From: Catajapyx aquilonaris
Taxonomy: Eukaryota
DNA: 20,000 nucleotides
Direction: 5' to 3'
Assembly: GCA_000934665.2 (NCBI GenBank)
Contig: JYFJ02001814.1
Location: 49,001-69,000 of the forward strand
Numbering within the stretch: position 1 is the first letter of the stretch; each line of letters opens with the position of its first letter. Under the pieces are notes generated by a model, which saw only the letters and a list, made by a program, of their open reading frames with translations, was not told the origin of the DNA and did not search any database. A program made the position numbers and the translations under genes. Positions 11,740 through 20,000 of the stretch are shown here, piece by piece.

Positions 11740-13590
11740 ATGCGTCTTTACCACATCTTGTTATTCTCACTGTGCATAATTTTCACCAATAGTTTGCCTC
11801 ATGTTGCTTTGCATAATAACAGCACCCAGAGTTTGTTTGCAAATGTACTTGCGACATTACTTGAACACCCGCAGCTGTCTACGTGCTCTGTTGCATTTCT
11901 GATTGACAACAACACAGCCCAGAGTGTTGCACCGATTCAGACGAAAACGAGGGTGGTCCAGCAGGTAGTGAATGCCGAAAAATCACTCGAAGCAAAAATC
12001 AGCACGCCCGTGACACCTCAGAGAAGTGGACAGTGCCAATTGAACGTCATAAACTCTCGAACTGAATACATCCTAGATTTAATCCAAAAGATGTCTGTCA
12101 TATCCAGAGGAAAGTACATCTTCCGCGATTATCTCCTGGTGTACACAGAGAATCAAGAATTGGACGAAGCGGGTGTTGAAAGCTCTACTTATTTCAAGTA
12201 CGTGGTGGTCCTGGACAGCCTGAAACGTGAGGACAAAACATTCAGACTCCGGACCATTTGCCACTACTGCAACAATGGCCAGCCCAAAATGATTCAAGTG
12301 GAAGGAACCAACGATTCGCGTATATTTCCTGACACCACGACTAATTTCAATGGCAGGAAAATCACAGCCGTGGGAGAGACATGGGTGGAAATTGCGGAAT
12401 ACTTTGCCAAAGGTTTGAACGCTCAGCTCAGAAAACGGATCCTGAAGAGTTTGAAAGTTGGAAGTTTATCAAGTCATCATGATCCGATCATTTCGTATCT
12501 TCTGTACGTCGAAAAGGATGTCCTTCCTTACTTGGATTCCACGCAACCCATCACATTCGACAAGCCGACGTTTGTGACGGCCAAACTGGTACCCAAATTT
12601 TCCTGGGTCATGCTAGCCACGCCTTTCACCTGGCAAGCATGGACTTTGATCCTTGCAGTTGCCGTCATCACAGTCATCGCAACATTCACAATCGCGCGCA
12701 AATTGCACGAAACGATGACTTACAAGGAATTACTGACTCTCCTGTTTCCTCCAGTTGTGAACCAAGGTACACGTATGCCTTCCAGAGCACCCTTGCAATG
12801 GTTACTTGGGTTCTGGATATTCTTCTGCATGATCGTCAACACCCTGTACTTATCCAAGGTATCCTCACACATCATGGATCCTCCGATAAAAGACATCAAG
12901 AGCGTCGAAGACCTATTCAAGCTGGATTACAAAATGGGGACATGGCACATGCAACACTTCCTGGACACCTGGATGGAAAAGGAGAGCAGCACTGGCCGCA
13001 GCATCATGAACAGAATGGAGAACACACGAATGTCAAGTAGAGTCTGTCTGACCAGAATATTCGACGAACCTTTTGCCTGTTTGTCCAGTCGATTGGCAGT
13101 CGAATTTTCCTACGCATTTGACTTCAACAATGTTCTGAAGGAAGACAAGGCCAACTTGGTGGTGGCCAACCTGCCATTGACACCTGTCAGCGTGATGGTG
13201 CCTAAGCACTGCATTTATTACGAGGCAGTCAACCGCATTGTGTTGGTCTACTGGAGTTCTGGACATCACCAAAAACAGTTCCTGCAGTTGCTTGACTTTT
13301 GCCGGTACCTGAGAATGTACGGTTACAGCATTCGAGGACTGTTTGGTCAAGAAGACGAGGAAAGAGCTTTAGGTGTGTCCGCACTAGCTGTACCTTTTTT
13401 TCTTCTTGCTGTCGGACACGCTATTGCTTCTTGCGCTCTTGCGATTGAAATTGTATGCATTGTTTCAGTTTACACTGCTTGCTTGCACAAATTGAGTTCG
13501 TTCAGAGTGACATGTCGCACACCATTCAGAGCGATTACTGTGTGGAAAGAACGTGTTTTGAAAAAGTTCACCATCAGGAAACATCAGTAA
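11740..13590 (+). CDS. Divergent ionotropic receptor, intronless, 616 aa; paralogue of 7503-9197
   Basis: Signal peptide MRLYHILLFSLCIIFTNS, then LATPFTWQAWTLIL, NQG, FWIFFCMIVNTLYLSKVSSHIMDPPIKDIKSVEDL and last TM LAVPFFLLAVGHAIASCALAIE. Shares QRSGQCQLN and ICHxCNxG with the upstream copy. Confidence 0.88.
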   Translation: MRLYHILLFSLCIIFTNSLPHVALHNNSTQSLFANVLATLLEHPQLSTCSVAFLIDNNTAQSVAPIQTKTRVVQQVVNAEKSLEAKISTPVTPQRSGQCQLNVINSRTEYILDLIQKMSVISRGKYIFRDYLLVYTENQELDEAGVESSTYFKYVVVLDSLKREDKTFRLRTICHYCNNGQPKMIQVEGTNDSRIFPDTTTNFNGRKITAVGETWVEIAEYFAKGLNAQLRKRILKSLKVGSLSSHHDPIISYLLYVEKDVLPYLDSTQPITFDKPTFVTAKLVPKFSWVMLATPFTWQAWTLILAVAVITVIATFTIARKLHETMTYKELLTLLFPPVVNQGTRMPSRAPLQWLLGFWIFFCMIVNTLYLSKVSSHIMDPPIKDIKSVEDLFKLDYKMGTWHMQHFLDTWMEKESSTGRSIMNRMENTRMSSRVCLTRIFDEPFACLSSRLAVEFSYAFDFNNVLKEDKANLVVANLPLTPVSVMVPKHCIYYEAVNRIVLVYWSSGHHQKQFLQLLDFCRYLRMYGYSIRGLFGQEDEERALGVSALAVPFFLLAVGHAIASCALAIEIVCIVSVYTACLHKLSSFRVTCRTPFRAITVWKERVLKKFTIRKHQ

Positions 13591-13953
13591 TTGAACAGGC
13601 GAGAGGAATTGTCCAATCAGCGGTTTATTCGACCTATGAAGAAGTAATATTAATAAGAAGCCTTATTCTCAAGGATAAAATAATGAGCGCGGATATAAAT
13701 AACACTCATTTAACAATGTGCCAGCATTTTTGAAGACGTAACATAATATTATTATAAATCACGTGCATTGTATTTCACTCAGACCATCACAATAAAATGT
13801 CATAACAATGCCTTTATTCCGTCTTTTATTGACATGCGGTACTAATATAAGTTATTGAAATAGCTAAAATAGGCTGTATGAAAGGGTTGCATTAAATGTA
13901 ATTTGATATTATTCTTCAAATACCAAGGTTCGTATGCTGCGGCATGTGATAAC

Positions 13954-15055
13954 CTATCTTCCGAAAAACCTATTAAACGAATTGTAGCGTATTCCCTCAT
14001 TGTTTCGTGATCTGACCTGATCGCCGACATAATGCTGGGCTCCCTGGGCCATGCCCTGGGCAAGCTTCAGTGGAATCCGAAAATAATCCCCCAAATTCTG
14101 CTGCTGTTGAGGACGACGTTCGTGTTCCTGTTGTTCATGTTGATGTTGTTGCTGTTGTTGTTGCTGTCTGTCGGAAGGTTCATGTGCTTCCATCTCATGT
14201 CCATNGTAGTGGAAGGTGATGCTGCAGTCGTAGGTGAGGGTGTGGTGGAAGGTGATGCAGTCGTAGTTGTTGGCTTCTTAGTCGTAGTTGAAGGTGTGGT
14301 GGAAGGTGATGCGGTCGTAGTTTTTGGCTTCTTAGTCGTTGTTGAAGGTGTAGTGGAAGGCGATGCAGTCGTAGTTGAGGGTGTGGTGGAAGGTGATGCA
14401 GTCGTCATGCAGGTAGAGGCTCCTTCAATAGTTGAAGTAAAATATTGTTATAAATACGTAGATTTCTTTTAATTACGCACTAACGTAAGGATCCTGCTAA
14501 TTCAAAGTACAGTAGCGGATATATGGGACGTTTTTGATAATAAAAACCAAATAAGAAAATAATACTACCCTTGAAATAATACTAACTTGACGACTATAAC
14601 TATAGTTGATCTCAATATGTTTTCCGTTCAGGACAAACCACGACATCCTTGACTACAAATGGGGCAACACGGATCCTGTTCTTAAGCCGGTTCTAGTTTG
14701 TTTTTTTTGTCACGCACATCATTATTTTCCAACACTGAGTTTCATTAGTTTGCTTACACAGCCGTCGTCCATAATAACATGTAATCAAATGAACAACAAA
14801 ACTATGTTCACTTGTCAACAATGGGCTGATTCAGGATTGAATAAATTTTCAAGTGGCTGTGTAAAATGATGTATGTCCAGTAATGTGAAGTCATGAAATG
14901 TGTTAGCACCTCTTCTGACACTCACCTGGTTGGCCACCGGACACTACATTTTGCACCGACTCCAATGGTGTATCAATCTGAGGCTGCGACAGCAGATATG
15001 CTTCGGGAACGATGTTTGCCAGCGTCAGGCAGAGCAGCAACACTGTCAACTTCAT
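13954..15055 (-). CDS. Secreted mucin-like (Thr/Ser/Pro repeat) protein with probable Gln-rich C-terminus; exon 15055-14926 spliced to an exon starting at 14422; C-terminal frame uncertain because of N at 14205
   Basis: Signal-like MKLTVLLLCLTLANIVPEA and a strong donor CAG|GTGAGT (phase 1). Acceptor TTGAAG| at 14423 gives in-frame G-A-S-T-C-M-TTASPSTTPS. Minus-strand AATAAA at 13818 and 13830. The stop is at 14067 if read straight through the N, or at 13954 if the gap shifts into the poly-Q frame. Confidence 0.6.
14206..14405 (-). repeat. Coding minisatellite: ~33-bp units (TTTASPSTTPS) with TTTKKP spacers
   Basis: Plus-strand GTGGAAGGTGATGCAGTCGTAG-like units recur about five times and end at the N, so copy number may be collapsed. 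Confidence 0.9.
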
Positions 15056-16180
15056 CGTGGGTGTAGCCTACGCAAAATTAAATGTACGAAAATATGTAAT
15101 TAATTTCGTATATTTGAAGCATTCGTGTACATTATCACTAAAGTATTTGGTAAGTCATTTCGTAGCACTGCAAAACTGATATGGTGAACTGATCTTATTG
15201 AGCAAGTAACGTAACATAATATTAATCAAAGTTTAACAAGGCTTACGTTTGCTGAAGACAGTTCCAAGGTGTCGTCTGCTGGTAAGGCAGGGAAGAAGTA
15301 CAATATTCTTTGATTTTCACTTGCCCATTACACCTTTGTTGGAGTATTTGCCAAGAGGGTTTTGTACATCTGTACTGAATTTTCATGAGGTACACATGTT
15401 AATACATTTGCATGATGCTGTGCGCATATTCAAAATCCAGCTGGTATGAAACCATCCATTTGCGTGTTACTGCTACGTATCCTTTTGAGTAATGCCAGAT
15501 ACCCCTCAATCTCTTGCGCAATATCTACACTTGCAGTGGGATTTAAAATTAGAAATAAAATAGATGAATAAAATATTGCTGCTAAAATAATAAAAATTCC
15601 AAATTAAAATACCGGTAAGGAAATTAACTTATTATAAATAGATGTAATAACCATTTGCCCCTCACGACCGTGACATAAACCTATTATTTGCACGCTGTAC
15701 AAAAGAGAGGTGCACGCAACCTAATATTATCAGTCAAGACTTTTGATAACCACTAAAAGAAACTACTCAAAAGTAGCTGCTACAAAAAAGAAGTAACAAA
15801 TAGTCATATTATAGTCATACAAGTATTTTACTTCACCCTGTATATTATAGACAGTATAAAATATTACTATAATACATCGTCATTTCCGGTATGTAACTAC
15901 CAATGAAAGAAAATTGTTGCCCATTCAAGGGGATAAATATATGTATTGTTTGCTCCAGCAGCCACTTTAGCTACAGCAACAACAATGTCAGATGAAGTCG
16001 CCCTGATTATAGCTTACAAAAAAGTTGCTTCTTCTTATATTGAAAGATGAGTGTTGCACGATGTACGTAGACTATGTAATTTTTTTAGGCCTTGACCTCA
16101 GGAGGACTGGGCAAGTGCCCTATACCCTCTGCATATTGTAATGTATTTCTACACCATTTCAAGAGTATGTTCTGACAAGG

Positions 16181-16222
16181 TGCAGTACAGTGCAGTACAG
16201 TGCAGTACGGTGTACAGTGCAG
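16181..16222. repeat. Short tandem repeat (TGCAGTACAG)n abutting the palindromic element
   Basis: tgcagtacag tgcagtacag tgcagtacgg tg tacagtgcag seen directly. Confidence 0.85.
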
Positions 16223-16580
16223 CCCTTTCTCATGCTGATTTCAACACTGACGTGAGCGTTTCCTCACACCTGAATCTCATGTGATCTTTTAGAACAATAG
16301 GGATTGAAAAATATGGCAATACCGTTTAGGTTAGTAGCAGTCTAACGTATGGTTTCTGAATACGGAATATTCTTCAGCTAAATTATAAGTGAATAATTCA
16401 CTTATAATTTACCTGAAGAATATTCCGTATTCAGAAACCATAATTATGTTAGTATGCTACTAACCTAAACGGTATTGCCATATTTTTCAATCCCTATTTT
16501 CTCTAAAAGATCACATGAGATTCAGGTGGGACGAAACGTTCACGTCAGTGTTGGAATCAGCATGAGAAAGGGCTACACCG
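16215..16580. mobile_element. Fold-back (fully palindromic) MITE, probably Tc1/mariner-derived, 366 bp
   Basis: Arms of ~180 bp are inverted about position 16395 (AAGTGAAT-A-ATTCACTT) with scattered mismatches. Termini CAGTGCAGCCC...GGGCTACACCG are flanked by TA on both sides (16213-14, 16581-82). Confidence 0.75.
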
Positions 16581-16823
16581 TACACAGTATAATTATTATG
16601 ATATATTTTAATTGAAAAAATTGAGGCCACCAACGATATTCCTATTCCTATACGAAATTGAAATTAAATCAAATGACCATATGGATAGCGTCTTATCCGA
16701 TTTACTAGCAGGTTACCCGGGTGGGTGGGTGGGNGGGGGGGGGGCATTTCTGCTTTTACAATAAATTATTTTATATTTACTTCGCTACTTTCATTGAATA
16801 TCTTGGTTTCATAATCTTTCTTA

Positions 16824-16948
16824 GGGCCGGTTTCACCGAGCTTGGTATATGATAAAACCAGGTTTCTTTAGGAAACTCCATACAAATAGATAGGGATTTT
16901 GAGAAATACCCTGGTTTTATCATATACTGAGCTCGGTGAAACCGGCCC
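16824..16948. mobile_element. PIF/Harbinger (Tourist-like) MITE, 125 bp
   Basis: 39-bp TIRs GGGCCGGTTTCACCGAGCT(TG/CA)GTATATGATAAAACCAGG with 2 mismatches. TTA target-site duplication at 16821-23 and 16949-51. Confidence 0.85.
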
Positions 16949-17590
16949 TTAGTCATACCGTTTGAAATGGTCATAATACTGGCGCTGACCTGTATTATGC
17001 ATATTATTATGCAAAGGACTGCGGCCCTCCATTCTTGGTATTTGAAGAGTAATAAGTGCACAATATACAGTGCTATAATCTGCCTGCAGTTTCCTTACGG
17101 CTATGCGGCAGGTAAAAATCGACCACCTTTTTTTCTCCGATTTTATAAGGCAAGAGTCATGAATAATTTTGGCATGATCCATTGAAGCGATAAGCAGCGC
17201 GGAACATCTTCGTGACATGGTCTTCAGAGAGAGATATACGTGTCAACATCTGAGCAAGAGTTTTTTCTGAGTGCTGGAGTCGGTGCCTGATGTAAGATCG
17301 ATCTTATTATCGCTTATAAGTAAAAACCGGATGTTGAGGTTTTTAAAAACCAAAAGGTCCTGAAAAGAGTGTGCCGAATACAGGGTTGCTTCCTCAAATG
17401 AAATTACGGAAAGGATCAATTACATATACTGTATATAAAAACACCGGTTTAATAACGTTAAAATCTCATTATTTTGTACAATAATTTCACATACATTTAG
17501 AAGCCTTGCAGCTATTTAGAAAAATTAAAATTCACAAATTTTAGGCATTCATTCTTCAGACAATTCCTTGTTGAGCTCCTTCATACACAT

Positions 17591-17818
17591 TAGGGCGGCT
17601 CGGAAAACACTTTTTTTCGAAAGTTGTACAATAGTTCGCTAGTGAAAAAAAGTTGTGTTGGGCGATCCTTTTGACAGGTAAAAAATCTGAGTCATGCGGG
17701 TTAATATATTATTAACCCACATGACTCAGATTTTTTACCTGTCAAAAGGATCGCCCAACAACTTTTTCACTAGCGAACTACAACTTCCGGAAAAAAAAGT
17801 GTTTTTCGAGCCGCCCAA
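17591..17818. mobile_element. Palindromic hAT-type MITE, 228 bp
   Basis: Near-complete palindrome centred at ~17708 (TTAATA-TAT-TATTAA). Termini TAGGGCGGCTCG...CGAGCCGCCCAA. Perfect 8-bp TSD ATACACAT at 17583-90 and 17819-26. Confidence 0.88.
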
Positions 17819-17919
17819 ATACACATGCACACAAACCCATATGACATATTTTGGGACATCGGAAAGACAGACGCCGTCAGGATGAAAATATACTTCTAGA
17901 CATTATTGTGTGGCAAATA

Positions 17920-19325
17920 TTATGCCACACTATAATGAGTTAGAAGCATATTTGACCCTGACAGCGCAGCGTCTGCATTTCCGACGTCCCACAAAAGAGG
18001 GGCTGCAGAATGGCCGTCATGTCAGGAAGCAGATCGAAGCAGCTGAAGGTCAGGATCGGGATCCAACGCTGGTCCATATTGGGAGAAGAGTCATCCCAGC
18101 TTGTGATCCTATATAAGTGCAGGACAAGTATTAAATTTCACATCACAAGAGAAGGCAACAATGATCATTACCCAAGGGAGAGCAGGAGAGCAGCGGCTGC
18201 AGCCATGGAGGGCCTGAAGTGACTGGTGTTGTGGTCCAGAAGGTACTTGGCCACATTGTGCTGAATCGGAGTCGCCTGCATAGATCACACACACACACGA
18301 CTTATTATAACATATTCCAACTTGAGATTAACATTTGACTCACCAAACCAGCCTTGGAGAAGCGTCGCAAGAACTGGATTTGAAGTGGCTTTCCCAGCTC
18401 AAAGTTGAGTTTCTTCAGTATCTGGACCTCCATGCTACAGAACTGCTTCGTGTTGTACGTGGATCCTGTGGCCGCCGCGAATTCGCCCAGCAGGCTAGGA
18501 CCGCTCACCTCCTCGTACTTGCAGGCTATCAGCGTACAAGTGGCCCCCACCAACAGGAGCTTCTCTCTAGGTATATACTGTCGGAACAGCCTGGAACCCA
18601 AATCAAATGTCAATATACAGAATACTAGAAAAATGAACCCCAAAAATGAGTGATGACCTGCAGAGCGCGGTCCAGGAGAGAGACGGCGATGAAGAGAGTC
18701 TCCTGGAAATAGCTGGTACTCGTAGTGGAGGTCAATCATCCAGCTGACCAAGATCCGCCTGGCCCTCGGGTTCATCCAATAAGGGGTGTCCAGATAGCCT
18801 GACTTGACCTCCAGCTTTCTCTCCATGTTCCTCAAATGCGCGTAGATGTCATCAACATACTCGGTGACCAAGTTCGGGTTGTTTCCATCGATCCTCTTCA
18901 TCGAGGTTTTCGATCAGCTGGTCTATCAGAGATTGCGAGTATGAGCATGCCTCGGGGGCAATGGAGGCCTGCTCTTCCTCCTGGGGCGTAGGCAACGTGC
19001 ATTTTGAAAGGTCAAAGTTCGCTCCCGAACATTGACCTTGCAAAATGCACGCGCCTACATGCGCATGGCGGAGCTCGACGAGTCGGCACAAGTGGTGCTG
19101 ACGAGGCTTTCTTCAAGCTGTAAAAAATGCACATTTTAAATCATGGCCATTTGCATAGATTCAAGGACAAGGTCAATTTCACTCTGGGCACTTCAATGAT
19201 ACTTACGGTTGTTCCTTTTTGACTGGCTTCTTTGCCACTGCTGGAGGCTGCTGTCCAGGCTGCCTCTTGGTCACTGCTGAGGTCTGCTGCCCAGTCTGCC
19301 TGTTGGCCACTGCTTTCTTCATCAC
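17920..19325 (-). pseudogene. CycB: Cyclin B (mitotic cyclin) unprocessed pseudogene
   Basis: Cyclin B-like segments: ENLDEED/GNNPNLVTEYVDDIYAHL, RRILVSWM, QETLFIAVSLLDR, KLLLVGAT..IACKYEE, MEVQILKKLNFELGKP..QFLRRFSKA, HNVAKYLL, PSMAAAAAL, AVRVKYAS. Introns are retained (19206-19118, from 18657, 18343-18276, from 18171). Frame disruptions at ~18990-19070, ~18890, ~18706 and ~17965. No D-box N-terminus is visible. Confidence 0.85.
18989..19066. mobile_element. Small hairpin insertion inside a cyclin B exon
   Basis: Arms GTAGGCAACGTGCATTTTGAAAGGTCAAAGTTCG and CGAACATTGACCTTGCAAAATGCACGCGCCTAC enclose a CTCC loop. GGCG direct repeats flank it (18985-88, 19067-70). Removing it restores the cyclin frame. 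Confidence 0.7.
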
Positions 19326-19358
19326 GGGTCGCAGTTGGTAAAAGGTTGGAAACCACTG
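19326..19358 (-). mobile_element. Solo hAT/Charlie-like terminal sequence fused to the cyclin B fragment
   Basis: Minus strand reads CAGTGGTTTCCAACCTTTT...GCGACCC, resembling Charlie-type hAT ends (CAGTGGTTCCCAACCTTTT). No partner TIR was found in the window. Confidence 0.5.
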
Positions 19359-19434
19359 CACTATACATTGTTCTTATGGTTACATAATATTACCACTACA
19401 TTGTAGGCTACTATGATAAACTTCCAAGGGTCCA

Positions 19435-19455
19435 GACTTTACGGGCCACCCTGTA
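19435..19455 (-). mobile_element. Solo Tc1/mariner-like terminal repeat
   Basis: Minus strand reads TA-CAGGGTGGCCCGTAAAGTC. TACAGGGTG starts are common in insect mariner-type MITEs. No convincing partner end was found. Confidence 0.35.
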
Positions 19456-19813
19456 CTGAGGGAACATCTTTACATAAACGATCACGTGGGAGAAACGTGA
19501 CCTTGGCATATACGACTCAACTTGACGGGAACGCGAACGGGGGGAATCTGGAGTTGCTATGGTGGTTGAGTCACCTTCCAAGAGATGGCAGGAGCATATT
19601 GAACTGGGTTTGGCACCGCAAAGGTCGCCTTCTCTATGCACATCCTCGAGCGTCAAATTCAAAAACCCTCAGGACATAATAATAATAATTATGACGTCAG
19701 AGGTTTAATATAAGGAGGGGGGGAGGCAGGCGGGAGAGAGGTCGGGGGGAGGGGAGTATGATGCGGATAATTGTTGGATGAGCATCAGTAAGAACATGAC
19801 CTACACCGCAGGC

Positions 19814-19900
19814 CGCAGGCCTAGAAAAGAGCGAGCGAAGCGAGTGGTTTTCTTGGCCTGCGCCCCAGGAAAATACGAGCGGAGCGAGGGTTTTCCTAGT
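19814..19900 (+). mobile_element. Helitron-like 3' terminus with two tandem hairpins ending in CTAG|T
   Basis: Stem CGCAGGCC-T-AGAAAA/TTTTCT-T-GGCCTGCG encloses GAGCGAGCGAAGCGAG. A second stem AGGAAAA/TTTTCCT encloses CGAGCGGAGCGAG and runs into CTAG (19896-99) followed by T. Confidence 0.45.
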
Positions 19901-20000
19901 ACGATATTAAAATTGCGAAATGCTTGTGTCAAATGTCTTGTCCAATTTATTCAATTTTTTTCGGCATGACTTCCTGTATGTAACGAGTTTCTTTTTGCAT

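Noticed and set aside
14206..14405. Regularly spaced repeats as a possible CRISPR array
   Set aside because: No unique spacers, in-frame coding repeats, eukaryotic context and no cas genes.
14032..14472. Hydrophobic Val-rich plus-strand ORF (VVEGDAVVV repeats)
   Set aside because: It is the reverse complement of the Thr/Ser/Pro repeat; signal peptide, splice sites and poly(A) signals support the minus strand.
16326..16334. TTAGGTTAG resembling the arthropod telomeric repeat inside the palindrome
   Set aside because: Fewer than two units; expected by chance.
16718..16744. G-rich runs here and at ~19713-19755 as possible G-quadruplexes
   Set aside because: Low-complexity sequence, the first containing an N; no supporting context.
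19141..19368. ORF MYSAVVSNLL... as the real cyclin B first exon
   Set aside because: It starts in transposon-like sequence; the alternative Lys/Pro-rich frame fits a cyclin B N-terminus and the downstream exon phase better.
17379..19455. TACAGGGTTGC (17379) and GCCACCCTGTA (19445-55) as TIRs of one element enclosing the cyclin pseudogene
   Set aside because: Only 10 of 11 bases match and similarity stops there, too short to support a TIR pair.

Overview
Gene-dense eukaryotic DNA, most likely arthropod/hexapod given the intronless divergent ionotropic receptors and short (mostly 48-85 nt) introns. Left to right: (1) a two-exon F-box/LRR gene (-); (2) a ~961-aa secreted, Tyr/Phe-rich, probably helical protein of no family I recognise (+), with 14 coding exons and four ~154-aa tandem modules joined by Gly-Asp linkers, whose introns were duplicated with them (~597-bp period); (3) two intronless divergent ionotropic-receptor paralogues (+) flanking a 7-exon BTB-BACK-(PHR-like) gene (-); (4) a secreted Thr/Ser/Pro-repeat protein (-) whose C-terminus is obscured by an N and may end in an amidation-like ...RFFGR*; (5) three palindromic MITE-like elements with three different target-site signatures (TA, TTA, 8 bp); (6) an intron-retaining cyclin B pseudogene broken by frameshifts, a hairpin insertion and a hAT-like end; (7) a tandem-hairpin Helitron-like 3' end. 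All gene models were built by hand from splice motifs and reading frames; no database search was possible.
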